Positions 52,989 through 62,905 of a stretch of DNA of 64,000 nucleotides are shown here, piece after piece (the stretch's first letter is position 1; the number at the start of each line of letters is the position of its first letter). The position numbers and the translations under genes are program-made. The notes beneath the pieces are model-generated. The model saw only the letters and a program-made list of their open reading frames with translations, was not told the DNA's origin and made no database searches. This DNA is from Alphaproteobacteria bacterium (GTDB taxonomy: Bacteria > Pseudomonadota > Alphaproteobacteria > MPNO01). Where the stretch lies: contig OZ219866.1 of the NCBI GenBank assembly GCA_964291675.2, positions 3,149,909 through 3,213,908 on the forward strand, given 5' to 3'.

Positions 52989-54146
52989 TCACCCGCCGTA
53001 TTCCCGCAACACGCGCCGCGCCAGCGCCATCTTGAGGATCTCGGTCGGGCCCTCGGTGATCACGAAGCTCCGCTGGTCGCGCCACATGCGCTCGATCGGC
53101 AGGTCGGTGGTGAGCCCGATGCCGCCATGGATCTGGAGGCAGCGATCCGCCGCCTCGAAGGACCGGGTGTCGCCGAGATACTTGCACATATAGGCCTCGT
53201 AGCGGACGTCCTCGCCGCGATCGGCCTTCCAGGCGGCGTGGTGGACCATCAGCCTCAGCCGGTGCAGCTCGGCATAGGTGTCGACCAGCATCCACTGCAC
53301 CGCCTGGCGCTCGGCGAGCTTCTCGCCGAAGGTGACGCGCTGCCCGGCGTAGGAGGCGCCGAGCTCGAGGCAGCGCTCCATCACCCCGATGCCGCGCGCG
53401 CCGTGGCGGATCCGTCCCGCGCTGATCCAGTTCTGCGCGAACCTGAAGCCGTCGCCCTCCTCGCCGATGCGGTTCTCGACGGGAACCCGCACCTCCTCGA
53501 AGGCGATCTCCCACGGCCGGTCGTCCATCATCGTTTCCTGCGGGCGCAGCAGCGTCACCCCGGGCGTGTCCATGTCGACGAGGAACGCGGAGATCCCGCC
53601 GCGCGAGCCCTTGGCGCGGTCGGTGGCGGCGAACACCTGGGCGAAATCCGCCTCGTCGGCGCCGGTGATGAAGCGCTTGGTGCCGTCGATCACGTAGTAG
53701 TCGCCGTCGCGCACGGCAGTCGAGCGCATGGCGCCCGGATCGCCGCCCGCGTCGGGCTCGGTCTGGGCGAAGCAGGCCTTCTTCTCGCCGGCGACGACCG
53801 GCAGCAGATAGCGCTCCTTCTGCGCTGCGTCGAGGAAGTAGAGGATCGGGCTCACCGCCGGTCCGAAGATGCTGGCGTTGCGCGAGGGGAGCGCGATGGT
53901 GCGGCCGAGCTCGGCCCACACCACGGCGCGGGCCAAGAGCCCGAGCCCGAGCCCGCCATATTCCTCCGGCACGTCGTAGAGCCAGAGCCCGAGCGCCTTC
54001 GCCTTGTCCTCCAGCACGGCGCGCACGTCCGGCTTGAGCTTGCCGCCCTCGCAGGTCTCGCGCTCGATCGGGATCAGCTCGCGGTCGACGAAGCGCCGCA
54101 CCGTCTGCTTCAGCATCGCGAGCTCTTCCGGCAGGTCGAAATTCAT
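52989..54146 (-). CDS. acyl-CoA dehydrogenase
   Basis: 385 aa with ..CFAQTEPDAGGD.., ..KRFITG.. and ..QIHGGIGLT..E.. Its start overlaps the upstream stop. Confidence 0.88.
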   Translation of the reverse strand: MNFDLPEELAMLKQTVRRFVDRELIPIERETCEGGKLKPDVRAVLEDKAKALGLWLYDVPEEYGGLGLGLLARAVVWAELGRTIALPSRNASIFGPAVSPILYFLDAAQKERYLLPVVAGEKKACFAQTEPDAGGDPGAMRSTAVRDGDYYVIDGTKRFITGADEADFAQVFAATDRAKGSRGGISAFLVDMDTPGVTLLRPQETMMDDRPWEIAFEEVRVPVENRIGEEGDGFRFAQNWISAGRIRHGARGIGVMERCLELGASYAGQRVTFGEKLAERQAVQWMLVDTYAELHRLRLMVHHAAWKADRGEDVRYEAYMCKYLGDTRSFEAADRCLQIHGGIGLTTDLPIERMWRDQRSFVITEGPTEILKMALARRVLREYGG

Positions 54147-56245
54147 CGCCGCGCGGTCTCCCTGATATCGACCGCCCGCACGCCGTCGCCCTCGGCGAGC
54201 ACCGTCAGCGGGTTGATCTCGAACTCGGCGAGGCGGTGGCGCATGCCGGGGAACAAATCCGCGGCGGCCAGCATCGCGGCGACCAGCGCGTCGACATCGC
54301 GCGGCGCCTGGCCGCGGAACCGGCCCAGCAGCGCGGCTGCGCGAAGCGAGCCCAGCATGCCGCGCGCCTCCGCCTCGTCGATCGGCAGCAGCCGGAAGGC
54401 GAGGTCGCGCAGCACCTCCACATGGATGCCGCCGAGCCCGGCTGCGATGACCGGGCCGAATTGCGGGTCGTCCCTGAGACCGACGAAGAATTCGAGCCCG
54501 TCGACCATCTCCTGCACCAGGAACCCGTCGAGCCGCGCGCCCGGACGGGCGTCCTCCAGCCGCGCGGCCATCCGCGCCGCCGCGCGCGCGACGGCATCCG
54601 CGTCGCCGAGCCCGAGCGCGACGGCGCCGACCTCCGTCTTGTGGACCGCCTGCGGCGAGACGATCTTGAGCGCCACCGGATAGCCGATCTCGTCGGCGAG
54701 CGCTGCCGCCTCGGCGGCGGTCGCGGCGCGCCCGCCTCGCGGACCCGGCACCCCGGCGGCGGCGAGCAAATCGGCAACCGGTTCCGGCGAGGGTACGATC
54801 TCAGGCCGGGCGGGGAGGCCGCGCCGCCGGCGTTCGGCATAGCGCCCGAGCGCCTTCAGTGCGCGCACGGTCTCCGGCAGGCCGTGCAGGAAGGGAACCC
54901 CCGCCGCCGCCTGGAATTCGCGCCCCGGCCCGGTCACGTTCTGGCCCATCCGCCCATGCGCCACCACCGAGGCCGCGCCTTGTGCCGCCGCCGCGAACAC
55001 GCCGGGGTCGCCGCGCTCGCCGTCCTCCGCCGGGAGCTGGCCCTGCATCGACAGGATGTCGACCCCGGGGTCGTCGGCGATCGCCCGGCAGATCTTGCGG
55101 AAATCGTCCTGCCGGCCGGCCAGCCCGGCGCCGCCGTCGAGCGGGTTGCCGGGGCGGAGCCCGCGGTCGAGCAGCGGCGCGATGGCCGCCGCGGTCTCCG
55201 CGCCGAGCTCCGCCACCGGCAACCCGGCCTCGCTCGCATAGTCGAGGAACAGCCCGGTCGCCCCGCCCGAATACCCGGCGAAGGCGACCCTCGGCCCCTT
55301 GGGCAGGCGCACGGTGCAGAACATCAGCGCGGTCTCGATCAGATCGTCGAGCCCGTGACAGCGCGAGATGCCGTAGCGGTCGCAGACCGCGTCAAAAATG
55401 TCGTCGTCGCCCGCCACCGCCCCGGTATGGCTCTCGGTCGCCGCCCGCCCGCGCTCGCTCGCCCCGGTCTTGACGGCGACGATGGGCTTCCCCGCCGCGA
55501 GCGCCTTTTCGGCCGCCGCCATGAACGCTTCGGGGCGGCGGATGCCCTCCAGCATGCAGGCGATCACCCGCGTGCCGGGATCGTCGACCAGGAAGGCGAT
55601 GTAGTCGGCCGCGTCGAGGTCGAGCTCGTTGCCGCTGGAGACCGCGTAGCTGAAGCCGAGCCCGCGCACCGCCCCCTGGCCGAGCCAGTACTGGAAGGTG
55701 CCGCCCGACTGGAAGACCACGCCGACCCCGCCCTTGGGCAGCGCGCGCACCCGTTCCGCCGGGTAGAACAGGTTGGACTCGGGCAATCCCAGCGCGCCCA
55801 TGCAGTTGGGACCGCAGACCCGGAGCCCGCGTTCGCAGAGCGCGGCCAGCGCCCGCGAACGCTCTCCCCCGGCCTCGTCCCCGCCCTCGCCGAACCGGGC
55901 GGCGAAGACCAGCGCCGTCTTCAGCCCGTGGTCGAGCCCCTCGGCCAGCGCGTCGGCGACGCGTTCCGCCGGGATCAGGGTGAGCGCGAGGTCGACCGGC
56001 TCCGGCAGGCTCGCGAAGGACGGGTGCACCTCGCGGCCCCACAGAAGGTCGCGCCGCGGGTTGATCAGATAGACCGGAACCGGGAAGCCGGCATGCTCCA
56101 GATTGGCGTAGATCGCCCGCGGCCAGCCCCCCGCGCCGCTGTCCGAGGCACCGACGATGGCGATGGAGCGCGGCCTGAAGAGCTGCTCGACCGATCTGAA
56201 CACGTCGACTCCGCCGGGACCGCGACCGGAGGCCAGTATCGGCAC
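54143..56245 (-). CDS. ADP-forming acyl-CoA synthetase (CoA-binding plus ATP-grasp fusion; acetate--CoA ligase family)
   Basis: 700 aa from GTG 56245. N-terminus ..PRSIAIVGASDSG.. (CoA-binding); C-terminus ..YPVALKIVSPQAVHKTEVGAV.. (ATP-grasp). Confidence 0.8.
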   Translation of the reverse strand: MPILASGRGPGGVDVFRSVEQLFRPRSIAIVGASDSGAGGWPRAIYANLEHAGFPVPVYLINPRRDLLWGREVHPSFASLPEPVDLALTLIPAERVADALAEGLDHGLKTALVFAARFGEGGDEAGGERSRALAALCERGLRVCGPNCMGALGLPESNLFYPAERVRALPKGGVGVVFQSGGTFQYWLGQGAVRGLGFSYAVSSGNELDLDAADYIAFLVDDPGTRVIACMLEGIRRPEAFMAAAEKALAAGKPIVAVKTGASERGRAATESHTGAVAGDDDIFDAVCDRYGISRCHGLDDLIETALMFCTVRLPKGPRVAFAGYSGGATGLFLDYASEAGLPVAELGAETAAAIAPLLDRGLRPGNPLDGGAGLAGRQDDFRKICRAIADDPGVDILSMQGQLPAEDGERGDPGVFAAAAQGAASVVAHGRMGQNVTGPGREFQAAAGVPFLHGLPETVRALKALGRYAERRRRGLPARPEIVPSPEPVADLLAAAGVPGPRGGRAATAAEAAALADEIGYPVALKIVSPQAVHKTEVGAVALGLGDADAVARAAARMAARLEDARPGARLDGFLVQEMVDGLEFFVGLRDDPQFGPVIAAGLGGIHVEVLRDLAFRLLPIDEAEARGMLGSLRAAALLGRFRGQAPRDVDALVAAMLAAADLFPGMRHRLAEFEINPLTVLAEGDGVRAVDIRETARR

Positions 56246-56344
56246 CGCCCTTCGGGCGTCAACCGGCGGCGGGCGTTCCTGGCTCGACGCCCGAGGGTCT
56301 TGAGCGTATCCGGTTCGGGTGGAACCGCCGACGCGGCCGGGACC

Positions 56345-56452
56345 GTCCTTCGATACGCCCCCTTCGGGGGCTACTCAGGATGAGGAGGCGGTTGGTAGGC
56401 CGCAACCAAATTCCCTCATCCCGAGTAGGCGCGAAGCGCCGTATCGAGGGAC
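56345..56452. repeat. 108-bp nested-hairpin repeat, copy 2
   Basis: GTCCTTCGATACGCC..GCTACTCAGGATGAGGAG..CCCTCATCCCGAGTAGG..GCCGTATCGAGGGAC. It lies in the divergent intergenic region. Confidence 0.85.
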
Positions 56453-56575
56453 GCGGCGCCGCATCGGTTCTACCTGAAACGGACACGCTCTAGACTGACG
56501 GGCGGAGGCCCGGATGAAGGTAGCACCGAGCGCTGGCGGCGCTGCAAGCTGACCAGTTGACGCGGCTGCGGGCCG

Positions 56576-58225
56576 ATGGAGCGGGACATGGACGGGATCG
56601 AGGCGGTGGATCTGCTCTGCGTGGGCTCGGGGCTGGCCGGGCTCGCGGCGGCGCTCGCCGGCGCGGGGGGCGGGCTAAGAGTTTGCGTCGTCGAGAAATC
56701 GGCCCGCATCGGCGGCGGCAGCGCCATGTCGTCCGGCGGGGTGTGGATCGGGGCGAACCATCACCAGGCGGCGCACGGCCTGTCCGACAGCAAGGAGGAG
56801 ACGCGCGCCTATCTCGAATTCATCGCCGGCGGGGCGTCGGTTCCCGAGAACCTCGCGGCGCTCGCCGACAGGTCCGACGAAGCCCTGGGGGCGTTCGAGG
56901 AGCTGGGCGTGTCGCTCCTGCTGCGCCCCCGCGTGCCGGACCAGTTCTACCCCCAGGCGCCGGGCTCGACTTCCGCCGGCCGGTCCTTGAACGCCGCGCC
57001 GATCGCCCGCGCCGAGCTCGGCGCGTGGTCCGACCTGCTCCAGGACAACCCCTATTTTCCGCCCGGCATGTCGAGCACCGACATGGTCGCCTGGGGCGGG
57101 CTCGGCAGCATGAAGGACTGGGACCCCGACCTCCTGCGCGAGCGGGCCGAGAGCGGCCGGCTCGGCACCGGTCAGGCCATCGTGGGCCAGTTCCTGGCCG
57201 GGCTGAGACGCGCGGGCGTGCCCATCCTGACGGAGTTCGAGGCCGGCTCGCTGATCCTCGACGACGGAAGGGTGGCGGGAGTTCGCGGCCGGCACGCCGG
57301 CCGCCCGGCGGAGATCGCGGCGAGACGCGGCGTCGTGCTGGCGACCGGCGGCTATGAGAGCAACCCGGATCTGGTGGCGCGGTTCGAAGGCGTGCCCGGC
57401 TGGCGCTCCATGTTCCCGGCCTCGATCACCGGCGACGGGATGACCATGGCGAGCGAGATCGGCGCCGCCATCCACCGGGTGCCCGAGAATTTCTTCTTCT
57501 TTCTCGGCTACGACATCCCGGCCGAGCGGCAGGGCGAGCCGGCGCGGTTCCGCATGACCGGCTTCACCGAGCTCAGCTATCCGCATTGCATGGTGGTCAA
57601 CCGGGCGGGGCGCCGGTTCTTCGACGAATCGAGCTTCCAGAAGGGGGTGAGGGCGATCAAGGCGTACGACCAGGCGAAGCGCGAGTTCGCCAACCTGCCC
57701 TGCTTCATGATCTTCGACAGCCGGTTCCAGCAACGCTACTCCTTCGCCGGACGGCCGCCGGGCGCGCCGGCGCCGGAGTGGCTGGCGCGCGCCGATACGC
57801 TCGCCGGACTCGCCGCCGGGCTCGGCATCGACGCATCGGCGCTCGACGAGACCGCCGCCCGCTTCAACCGCGGCGCCGCCGAGGGCCGCGATCCCGAGTT
57901 CGGCCGCGGCGAGTTCCTGTGGATCCAGGTGCTGTCGGGCGACAGCGCGCATCCGATCCACCCCAACCTGGCGCCGGTCTCCGAGCCGCCGTTCTACGGC
58001 GTCCGCCTGCATCCCAGCGGGTCGAGCTCCGCCGGCCTGCTGACCGACGCCGACGCAAGGGTGCTGCATGTGCGCGGCCACCCCATCGCCGGGCTCTATG
58101 CCTGCGGCGGCGCCGCGGCGCAGACCGATTTCGGGGTCGGCTACCAGGGCGGGCTGCTGCTGGTGCGCGGCATGACCTTCGGCTATCTCGCCGCGCGCCA
58201 CGCCGCCTCGGCCGGCGGCGATTGA
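56576..58225 (+). CDS. FAD-binding oxidoreductase (fumarate reductase/KstD-like flavoprotein family)
   Basis: ..VDLLCVGSGLAGLAAAL..VVEK..IGGGSAMSSG.. is the dinucleotide fold, with C-terminal ..GLYACGG.. The start is either ATG 56576 or ATG 56588. Confidence 0.8.
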   Translation: MERDMDGIEAVDLLCVGSGLAGLAAALAGAGGGLRVCVVEKSARIGGGSAMSSGGVWIGANHHQAAHGLSDSKEETRAYLEFIAGGASVPENLAALADRSDEALGAFEELGVSLLLRPRVPDQFYPQAPGSTSAGRSLNAAPIARAELGAWSDLLQDNPYFPPGMSSTDMVAWGGLGSMKDWDPDLLRERAESGRLGTGQAIVGQFLAGLRRAGVPILTEFEAGSLILDDGRVAGVRGRHAGRPAEIAARRGVVLATGGYESNPDLVARFEGVPGWRSMFPASITGDGMTMASEIGAAIHRVPENFFFFLGYDIPAERQGEPARFRMTGFTELSYPHCMVVNRAGRRFFDESSFQKGVRAIKAYDQAKREFANLPCFMIFDSRFQQRYSFAGRPPGAPAPEWLARADTLAGLAAGLGIDASALDETAARFNRGAAEGRDPEFGRGEFLWIQVLSGDSAHPIHPNLAPVSEPPFYGVRLHPSGSSSAGLLTDADARVLHVRGHPIAGLYACGGAAAQTDFGVGYQGGLLLVRGMTFGYLAARHAASAGGD

Positions 58226-58277
58226 CGCGCGTTCCGGGCGGGGCCGATAATCGGGAGACGGGAGGGCGATTGCCGGG

Positions 58278-58790
58278 ATGAACGACACCGCCGGGCCTGA
58301 CTTCCCCACTTGGCTGCGCATCCCCTCGGATTCGCTCGCCGCGGTTGCCGGCGTGCTCATCCTGGTGATGATGGTGCATGTGACCGCCGACGTGTTCGGC
58401 CGTCTCGCCTTCAGCGCGCCGATCGACGGCACGCTGGAGATCGTCGCCGGCTACTACATGGTGGCGGTGGTGTTCCTGCCGCTCGCCCATATCAGCCGCG
58501 GCGAGGGGCATATCTTCATCGAGCTCTTCACCCGCGGGCTGCCGCAGCGCGTGCGGTCCTGCCTCGACGCGGCGGCGGCCACGCTCACCCTGTTCTATGT
58601 CGCGCTGATGGCCTGGCAGACCGCCATCGAGGCGCTGATCCAGACCGAGGGCGGCGAGCTGTGGGAGACCGCCGACGACCTGATCGTCATCTGGCCGAGC
58701 CGCTGGCTGATCCCCATCGGCTGCGCGCTGATGGCGGTGCTGTTCGCCTGCCTGGTGCTGCGCCACGCCCGCGCGGGCAGCGCGCGGTGA
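58278..58790 (+). CDS. TRAP transporter small permease (DctQ)
   Basis: 170 aa with 4 TM. Its stop overlaps the DctM start. Confidence 0.8.
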   Translation: MNDTAGPDFPTWLRIPSDSLAAVAGVLILVMMVHVTADVFGRLAFSAPIDGTLEIVAGYYMVAVVFLPLAHISRGEGHIFIELFTRGLPQRVRSCLDAAAATLTLFYVALMAWQTAIEALIQTEGGELWETADDLIVIWPSRWLIPIGCALMAVLFACLVLRHARAGSAR

Positions 58791-60094
58791 CCCCCCTCGA
58801 CATCGGCTTCATCGGGATCGGCGCGGTGATCGTGCTGATCGCGCTCCGCGTGCCGATCGGGGCTGCGCTCGGCCTCGTCGCCTTCTTCGGGATCGTCAGC
58901 CTGCGCAATGTCGACGTCGCCTTCTCGGCGCTGAGGACGACGCCGTTCGAGTTCGCCGCCCACTGGTCGCTCTCGGCCATCCCGATGTTCCTGCTGATGG
59001 GGGCGGTCGCCTATTACTCGGGGATCAGCTCGGCGCTGTTCAACGCGGCGAGGCTGTGGCTGGGCGCGCTGCCGGGCGGGCTCGCCGTGGCGGCGACCTT
59101 CGCCTGCGCCGGCTTCGCCGCGGCGTCGGGCGCATCCATCGCCACCGCGGCGGCGATGGGCCGCATCACCATCCCGGAGATGCTCGCCATCAACTACGAC
59201 AAGGGGCTGGCGGCCGGGGTGGTGGCGAGCGCGGGCACGCTGGGGACGCTGATCCCGCCCTCGATCCTGATGGTGCTCTACGGCATCTTCGCCGAGGTCT
59301 CGGTGAGCAAGCTGTTCATCGCGGGCATTCTGCCGGGCATCCTGACGGCGTTCGTCTACAGCGCGATGATCGTGGTGCGCTGCCGGCTCAACCCGGCGCT
59401 CGCGCCCAATATCGACTTCGAGGCCACCTGGGGCGAGCGCTTCGCCGCGCTCAAGGAGATCTGGCCGCTGGCCGCCCTGGTGGCCGGCATCATCGGCGGG
59501 CTCTATGCCGGCGTGTTCACCGCGACCGAGGCCGGCGCCGCCGGCGCCTCGCTCGCCATCGTCATCGTATGGCTGCAGGGCAAGCTCACCCTGGAGCGGC
59601 TGAAGCTGAGCGTGCTGGAGGCGCTGAGCAGCACCGCGCGCATCTTCTTCGTCGCGGTCGGGGCGGTGCTGCTGACCCGCTTCCTGGCGCTCACCGGGGT
59701 GCCCGGGTATCTCGCCGAGGTGGTCGGCGGCTGGGCCGGCGATCCGCTGCTGCTGGTGATCGCCGCCTCGCTGATCTACATCGTGCTCGGCATGTTCCTC
59801 GACCCGCTCGGCGTGATGCTGCTCACGCTGCCGCTCTTCCTGCCGATGTTCACCGCGCTCGACCTGGACCTGATCTGGTTCGGCATCCTGGTCATCAAGT
59901 ATCTCGAAATCGGGATGATCACCCCGCCGGTGGGCATGAACGTCTATGTCATCAAGAGCGTGGTCGGCGACAGGATCGAGCTCGAAACGATCTTCAAGGG
60001 CGTCGCGTGGTTCCTGGTCTGCGACATCGTGGTCATCGCGCTGATCGTCGCCTACCCCGACATTGCGCTGCTCCTGCCCGGCATGATGAGATGA
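58787..60094 (+). CDS. TRAP transporter large permease (DctM)
   Basis: GTG 58787 (GTGA overlap) gives 435 aa with ..SAIPMFLLMGAVAYYSGISSALF.. Confidence 0.88.
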   Translation: MTPLDIGFIGIGAVIVLIALRVPIGAALGLVAFFGIVSLRNVDVAFSALRTTPFEFAAHWSLSAIPMFLLMGAVAYYSGISSALFNAARLWLGALPGGLAVAATFACAGFAAASGASIATAAAMGRITIPEMLAINYDKGLAAGVVASAGTLGTLIPPSILMVLYGIFAEVSVSKLFIAGILPGILTAFVYSAMIVVRCRLNPALAPNIDFEATWGERFAALKEIWPLAALVAGIIGGLYAGVFTATEAGAAGASLAIVIVWLQGKLTLERLKLSVLEALSSTARIFFVAVGAVLLTRFLALTGVPGYLAEVVGGWAGDPLLLVIAASLIYIVLGMFLDPLGVMLLTLPLFLPMFTALDLDLIWFGILVIKYLEIGMITPPVGMNVYVIKSVVGDRIELETIFKGVAWFLVCDIVVIALIVAYPDIALLLPGMMR

Positions 60095-60123
60095 CCGCAA
60101 CCGAAAAACGGGAGGAAGGGAAC

Positions 60124-61239
60124 ATGAAACGGCTTGGATACGCGGCGCTTCTGGCCGCCGGCGCGCTCGCGCTCGCGCAGCACGCCGCGGCGCGCGATCT
60201 GGTGTTCGGCAGCGCCCTGCCGCCGCAGCACAACGTCAACACAAAGGGGCTCGCCCCCACCTTCGAGGCGCTCGCCAAGGCGACCGGCGGCAAGCTCAAG
60301 TGGAAGCTGCTCACCGGCGGCCAGCTCTTCGGGCTGCGCGCCTCGCTCACCAATGTCGGCGGCGGGGTGGCGGACGGCGCGATCATCATCCCGAGCTTCG
60401 TCCAGTCCAAGATCCCGCATGTCTACACGATCACCGACATGTCGCTGTTCGCCGAGGATCCGCTGGTGGCGGCGGGTGCTTCCGCCGAGACGATCTTCCA
60501 CGACTGTCCGGAATGCCTGGCCGATTTCCGCAAGCAGAAGACCGTGCCGCTCGGCTTCTACGGGCTCAACACCTACAAGCTCCTGTGCAACACCAGGGTG
60601 ACCAGCCTCGCCGAGGTCAAGGGCAAGCGCATGCGGACCTCCGGCGCCGCCGGGCGCTGGGCCAGGGCGATGGGCGGGACGCCGGTCTCCATGAGCGGCT
60701 CCGACATGATCGAGGCGCTGCAGCGCGGCCAGATCGACTGCGCGATCGGCCCGCTGGCCTGGGTCAAGGCCTATTCGATCGGCGAGCACATCAAATACGT
60801 GCTCGATTTCCCGATGGGCAATTTTGCCGCCGCGGCCCATTTCGTGATGAACCGGGGAGCCTGGGACGCGCTGCCGCTCGAACACAAGCAGGCGCTCGTC
60901 GACGCCATGCCGCTGTCCGGGGCGATGACCACCATCGACGGCTACGCCAGGGACGAGAAGACCGGCATCGAGATGGTGCTCTCGGCGGGCGGCGTGTTCA
61001 CCAAGGGCGGCAAGGAGTTCTCCGACCTGAGGGCGGGCTACCTCGCGAAGGAGCTGGACGCCGTCATCGCCGGCGCCAAGAGGCGCCGGGTCGAGGACCC
61101 GCAGAAGGTCATCGACGCCTATCGCGCCAATGTCGCGAAGTGGGAGAAGCTGCTCGCCGGCAAGACCCGCGACACCGCGACCTTCCAGGCGCTGCTGAAG
61201 GAGCACGTCTACGACCGGATCGACCCGGCCAAGCTGTAG
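60124..61239 (+). CDS. TRAP transporter substrate-binding protein
   Basis: ATG 60124 follows GGAGGAAGGG. It has the signal peptide MKRLGYAALLAAGALALAQHAAA and resembles the SBP at 23793. Confidence 0.75.
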   Translation: MKRLGYAALLAAGALALAQHAAARDLVFGSALPPQHNVNTKGLAPTFEALAKATGGKLKWKLLTGGQLFGLRASLTNVGGGVADGAIIIPSFVQSKIPHVYTITDMSLFAEDPLVAAGASAETIFHDCPECLADFRKQKTVPLGFYGLNTYKLLCNTRVTSLAEVKGKRMRTSGAAGRWARAMGGTPVSMSGSDMIEALQRGQIDCAIGPLAWVKAYSIGEHIKYVLDFPMGNFAAAAHFVMNRGAWDALPLEHKQALVDAMPLSGAMTTIDGYARDEKTGIEMVLSAGGVFTKGGKEFSDLRAGYLAKELDAVIAGAKRRRVEDPQKVIDAYRANVAKWEKLLAGKTRDTATFQALLKEHVYDRIDPAKL

Positions 61240-61316
61240 GGCCGTTGCGGGCGGCCATGGACGGGGCCGCGACAGGCTCCGAATGCGCATGAAATTCTGA
61301 AACGGGACGCCGGGGC

Positions 61317-61424
61317 GTCCTTCGATACGCCCCCTGCGGTGGCTGCTCGGGACGAGGAGAGGTTGGTAGGGCGCAAGAAAAACCCCTCGTCCCGGGCAGG
61401 CGCATCGGCGCCGTATCGAGGGAC
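61317..61424. repeat. 108-bp nested-hairpin repeat, copy 3 (more diverged inner arms)
   Basis: GTCCTTCGATACGCC..GCTGCTCGGGACGAGGAG..CCCTCGTCCCGGGCAGG..GCCGTATCGAGGGAC. The ORF-track start 61339 of the next gene runs through it. Confidence 0.8.
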
Positions 61425-61440
61425 GCCCGGCGCGGTCCAC

Positions 61441-62556
61441 ATGCGGGACCGGCTGGCGATGCACAACGCCAACCGGTTCAAGCTCGGGCTGTTCGGCGCC
61501 AACTGCTCGTCGGGCCGGGCGGTGACCGGGGTGCCCGAACGCTGGTCTGGCAACTGGCCCGACAATTTGGCGCTGGCGCGGATGGCGGACGAGGCCGGCA
61601 TCGACTTCATGCTGCCGATCGGCCGCTGGAAGGGCTATGGCGGGGACACCGACTACCAGGGGGAAACCCTCGAATCGGTAACCTGGGCGACCGCGCTGCT
61701 GGCGCATACGAGGCGCATGACGGTGTTCGCGACGGTGCATGCGCCGCTGCTGCATCCGGTCATCGCCGCCAAGTCCTTCGTCACCGCCGACCTGGTGGGG
61801 GAGGGGCGGTTCGGCGTCAACATCGTCTGCGGCTGGAACGAGGGCGAGTTCGCCATGTTCGGCGTCGCCCAGCGCGACCACGAGGCGCGCTACGCCTACG
61901 GCCAGGAATGGATCGACGCGATCCGCGCGATGTGGCAGCGCGACGACGCGTTCGATTTCGACGGTGAGTTCCTAAGACTCCGCGAGGTACGCTCCGCGCC
62001 CAAGCCCTACGGGAAGTCGCGGCCGCTGCTGATGAACGCGGGCGCTTCGCCGACCGGGCGGGAGTTCGCGGTGCGCAACTGCGATGCGCTGTTCTCGACG
62101 CGGCGGCAGGCGGCGACGATCGACGAGTTCGCCGCGGACATCCGCGCCGCCAAGCGCCTCGCCGCCGAGCACGGCCGCGAGATCGACGTCTACTCGGTGG
62201 GCGTGGTGACCTGTCGGCCGACGATGCGGGAGGCCGAGGAGTACCACCGCCGCTGCGTCATCGACCACGCCGACTGGGCGGCGGTCGACAACATTCTGGC
62301 GATGCGAGGGATGCACCCGAAAGACTTTCCCGCCGCCGAGTTCGACGAGCTTCGCAGGCAGATCGCGCACGGGCTCGGCGGCATCCCGATCGTCGGCGAC
62401 CCCGACCGTGTCGCCGCCGAGATCGCCCGCTTCGCCGAGGCCGGGCTGCGCGGCATCGGCGTCTCCTTCGTCAACTACGCCGCCGAGCTGCCGTTCTTCT
62501 GCGCCGAAATCCTGCCCCGCCTGGAGCGCATGGGCCTGCGCGAGAAGCGGCGGTAG
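61441..62556 (+). CDS. LLM-class (luciferase-like) flavin-dependent oxidoreductase
   Basis: ..NRFKLGLFGANCSSG.. is an N-terminal motif typical of this class, with ..GFDFMLP-like.. and ..PLLMNAGASPTGREFA.. The start is ATG 61441 or, more likely, ATG 61459. Confidence 0.8.
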   Translation: MRDRLAMHNANRFKLGLFGANCSSGRAVTGVPERWSGNWPDNLALARMADEAGIDFMLPIGRWKGYGGDTDYQGETLESVTWATALLAHTRRMTVFATVHAPLLHPVIAAKSFVTADLVGEGRFGVNIVCGWNEGEFAMFGVAQRDHEARYAYGQEWIDAIRAMWQRDDAFDFDGEFLRLREVRSAPKPYGKSRPLLMNAGASPTGREFAVRNCDALFSTRRQAATIDEFAADIRAAKRLAAEHGREIDVYSVGVVTCRPTMREAEEYHRRCVIDHADWAAVDNILAMRGMHPKDFPAAEFDELRRQIAHGLGGIPIVGDPDRVAAEIARFAEAGLRGIGVSFVNYAAELPFFCAEILPRLERMGLREKRR

Positions 62557-62623
62557 CGGGGCCGCCGCCCGCGAGGCGAGCGGTGGCGAGAGGTGCCGGC
62601 GCCAGTGGATGCCCGGACCGGTT

Positions 62624-62905
62624 CCATTGCTGTCCGGTTTGGTATTTCGACGCGGCCTCCGTGACCATGAGCATCGACGTCTCGGCCCCCCTTTTGTCAC
62701 CCCGGACGCCGATCCGGGGGAAGCCGGGCGACGACGGTGCCCGTGGCTCTGGGCCCCGGATCAAGTCCGGGCTGACAAAAGGGGGGACAGAGACGGCAAA
62801 TGCGGACGTGCCGCGATCCGTGTCCCGATTCGGCCGATGCGCCGATATCCCGTCCGTAGCAAGGGCTTGGACCCCGTCCAACTCAGCTAAACCGGACAGC
62901 AGTGG
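62624..62905. repeat. mosaic repeat element with inverted termini CCA(T/C)TGCTGTCCGGTTT(G/A)G
   Basis: The left IR is 62624-62642 and the right IR 62887-62905. An internal 20-bp inverted repeat CCCCCCTTTTGTCA..TGACAAAAGGGGGG is present. Positions 62800-62900 are the inverted match of 20648-20746. Confidence 0.75.
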
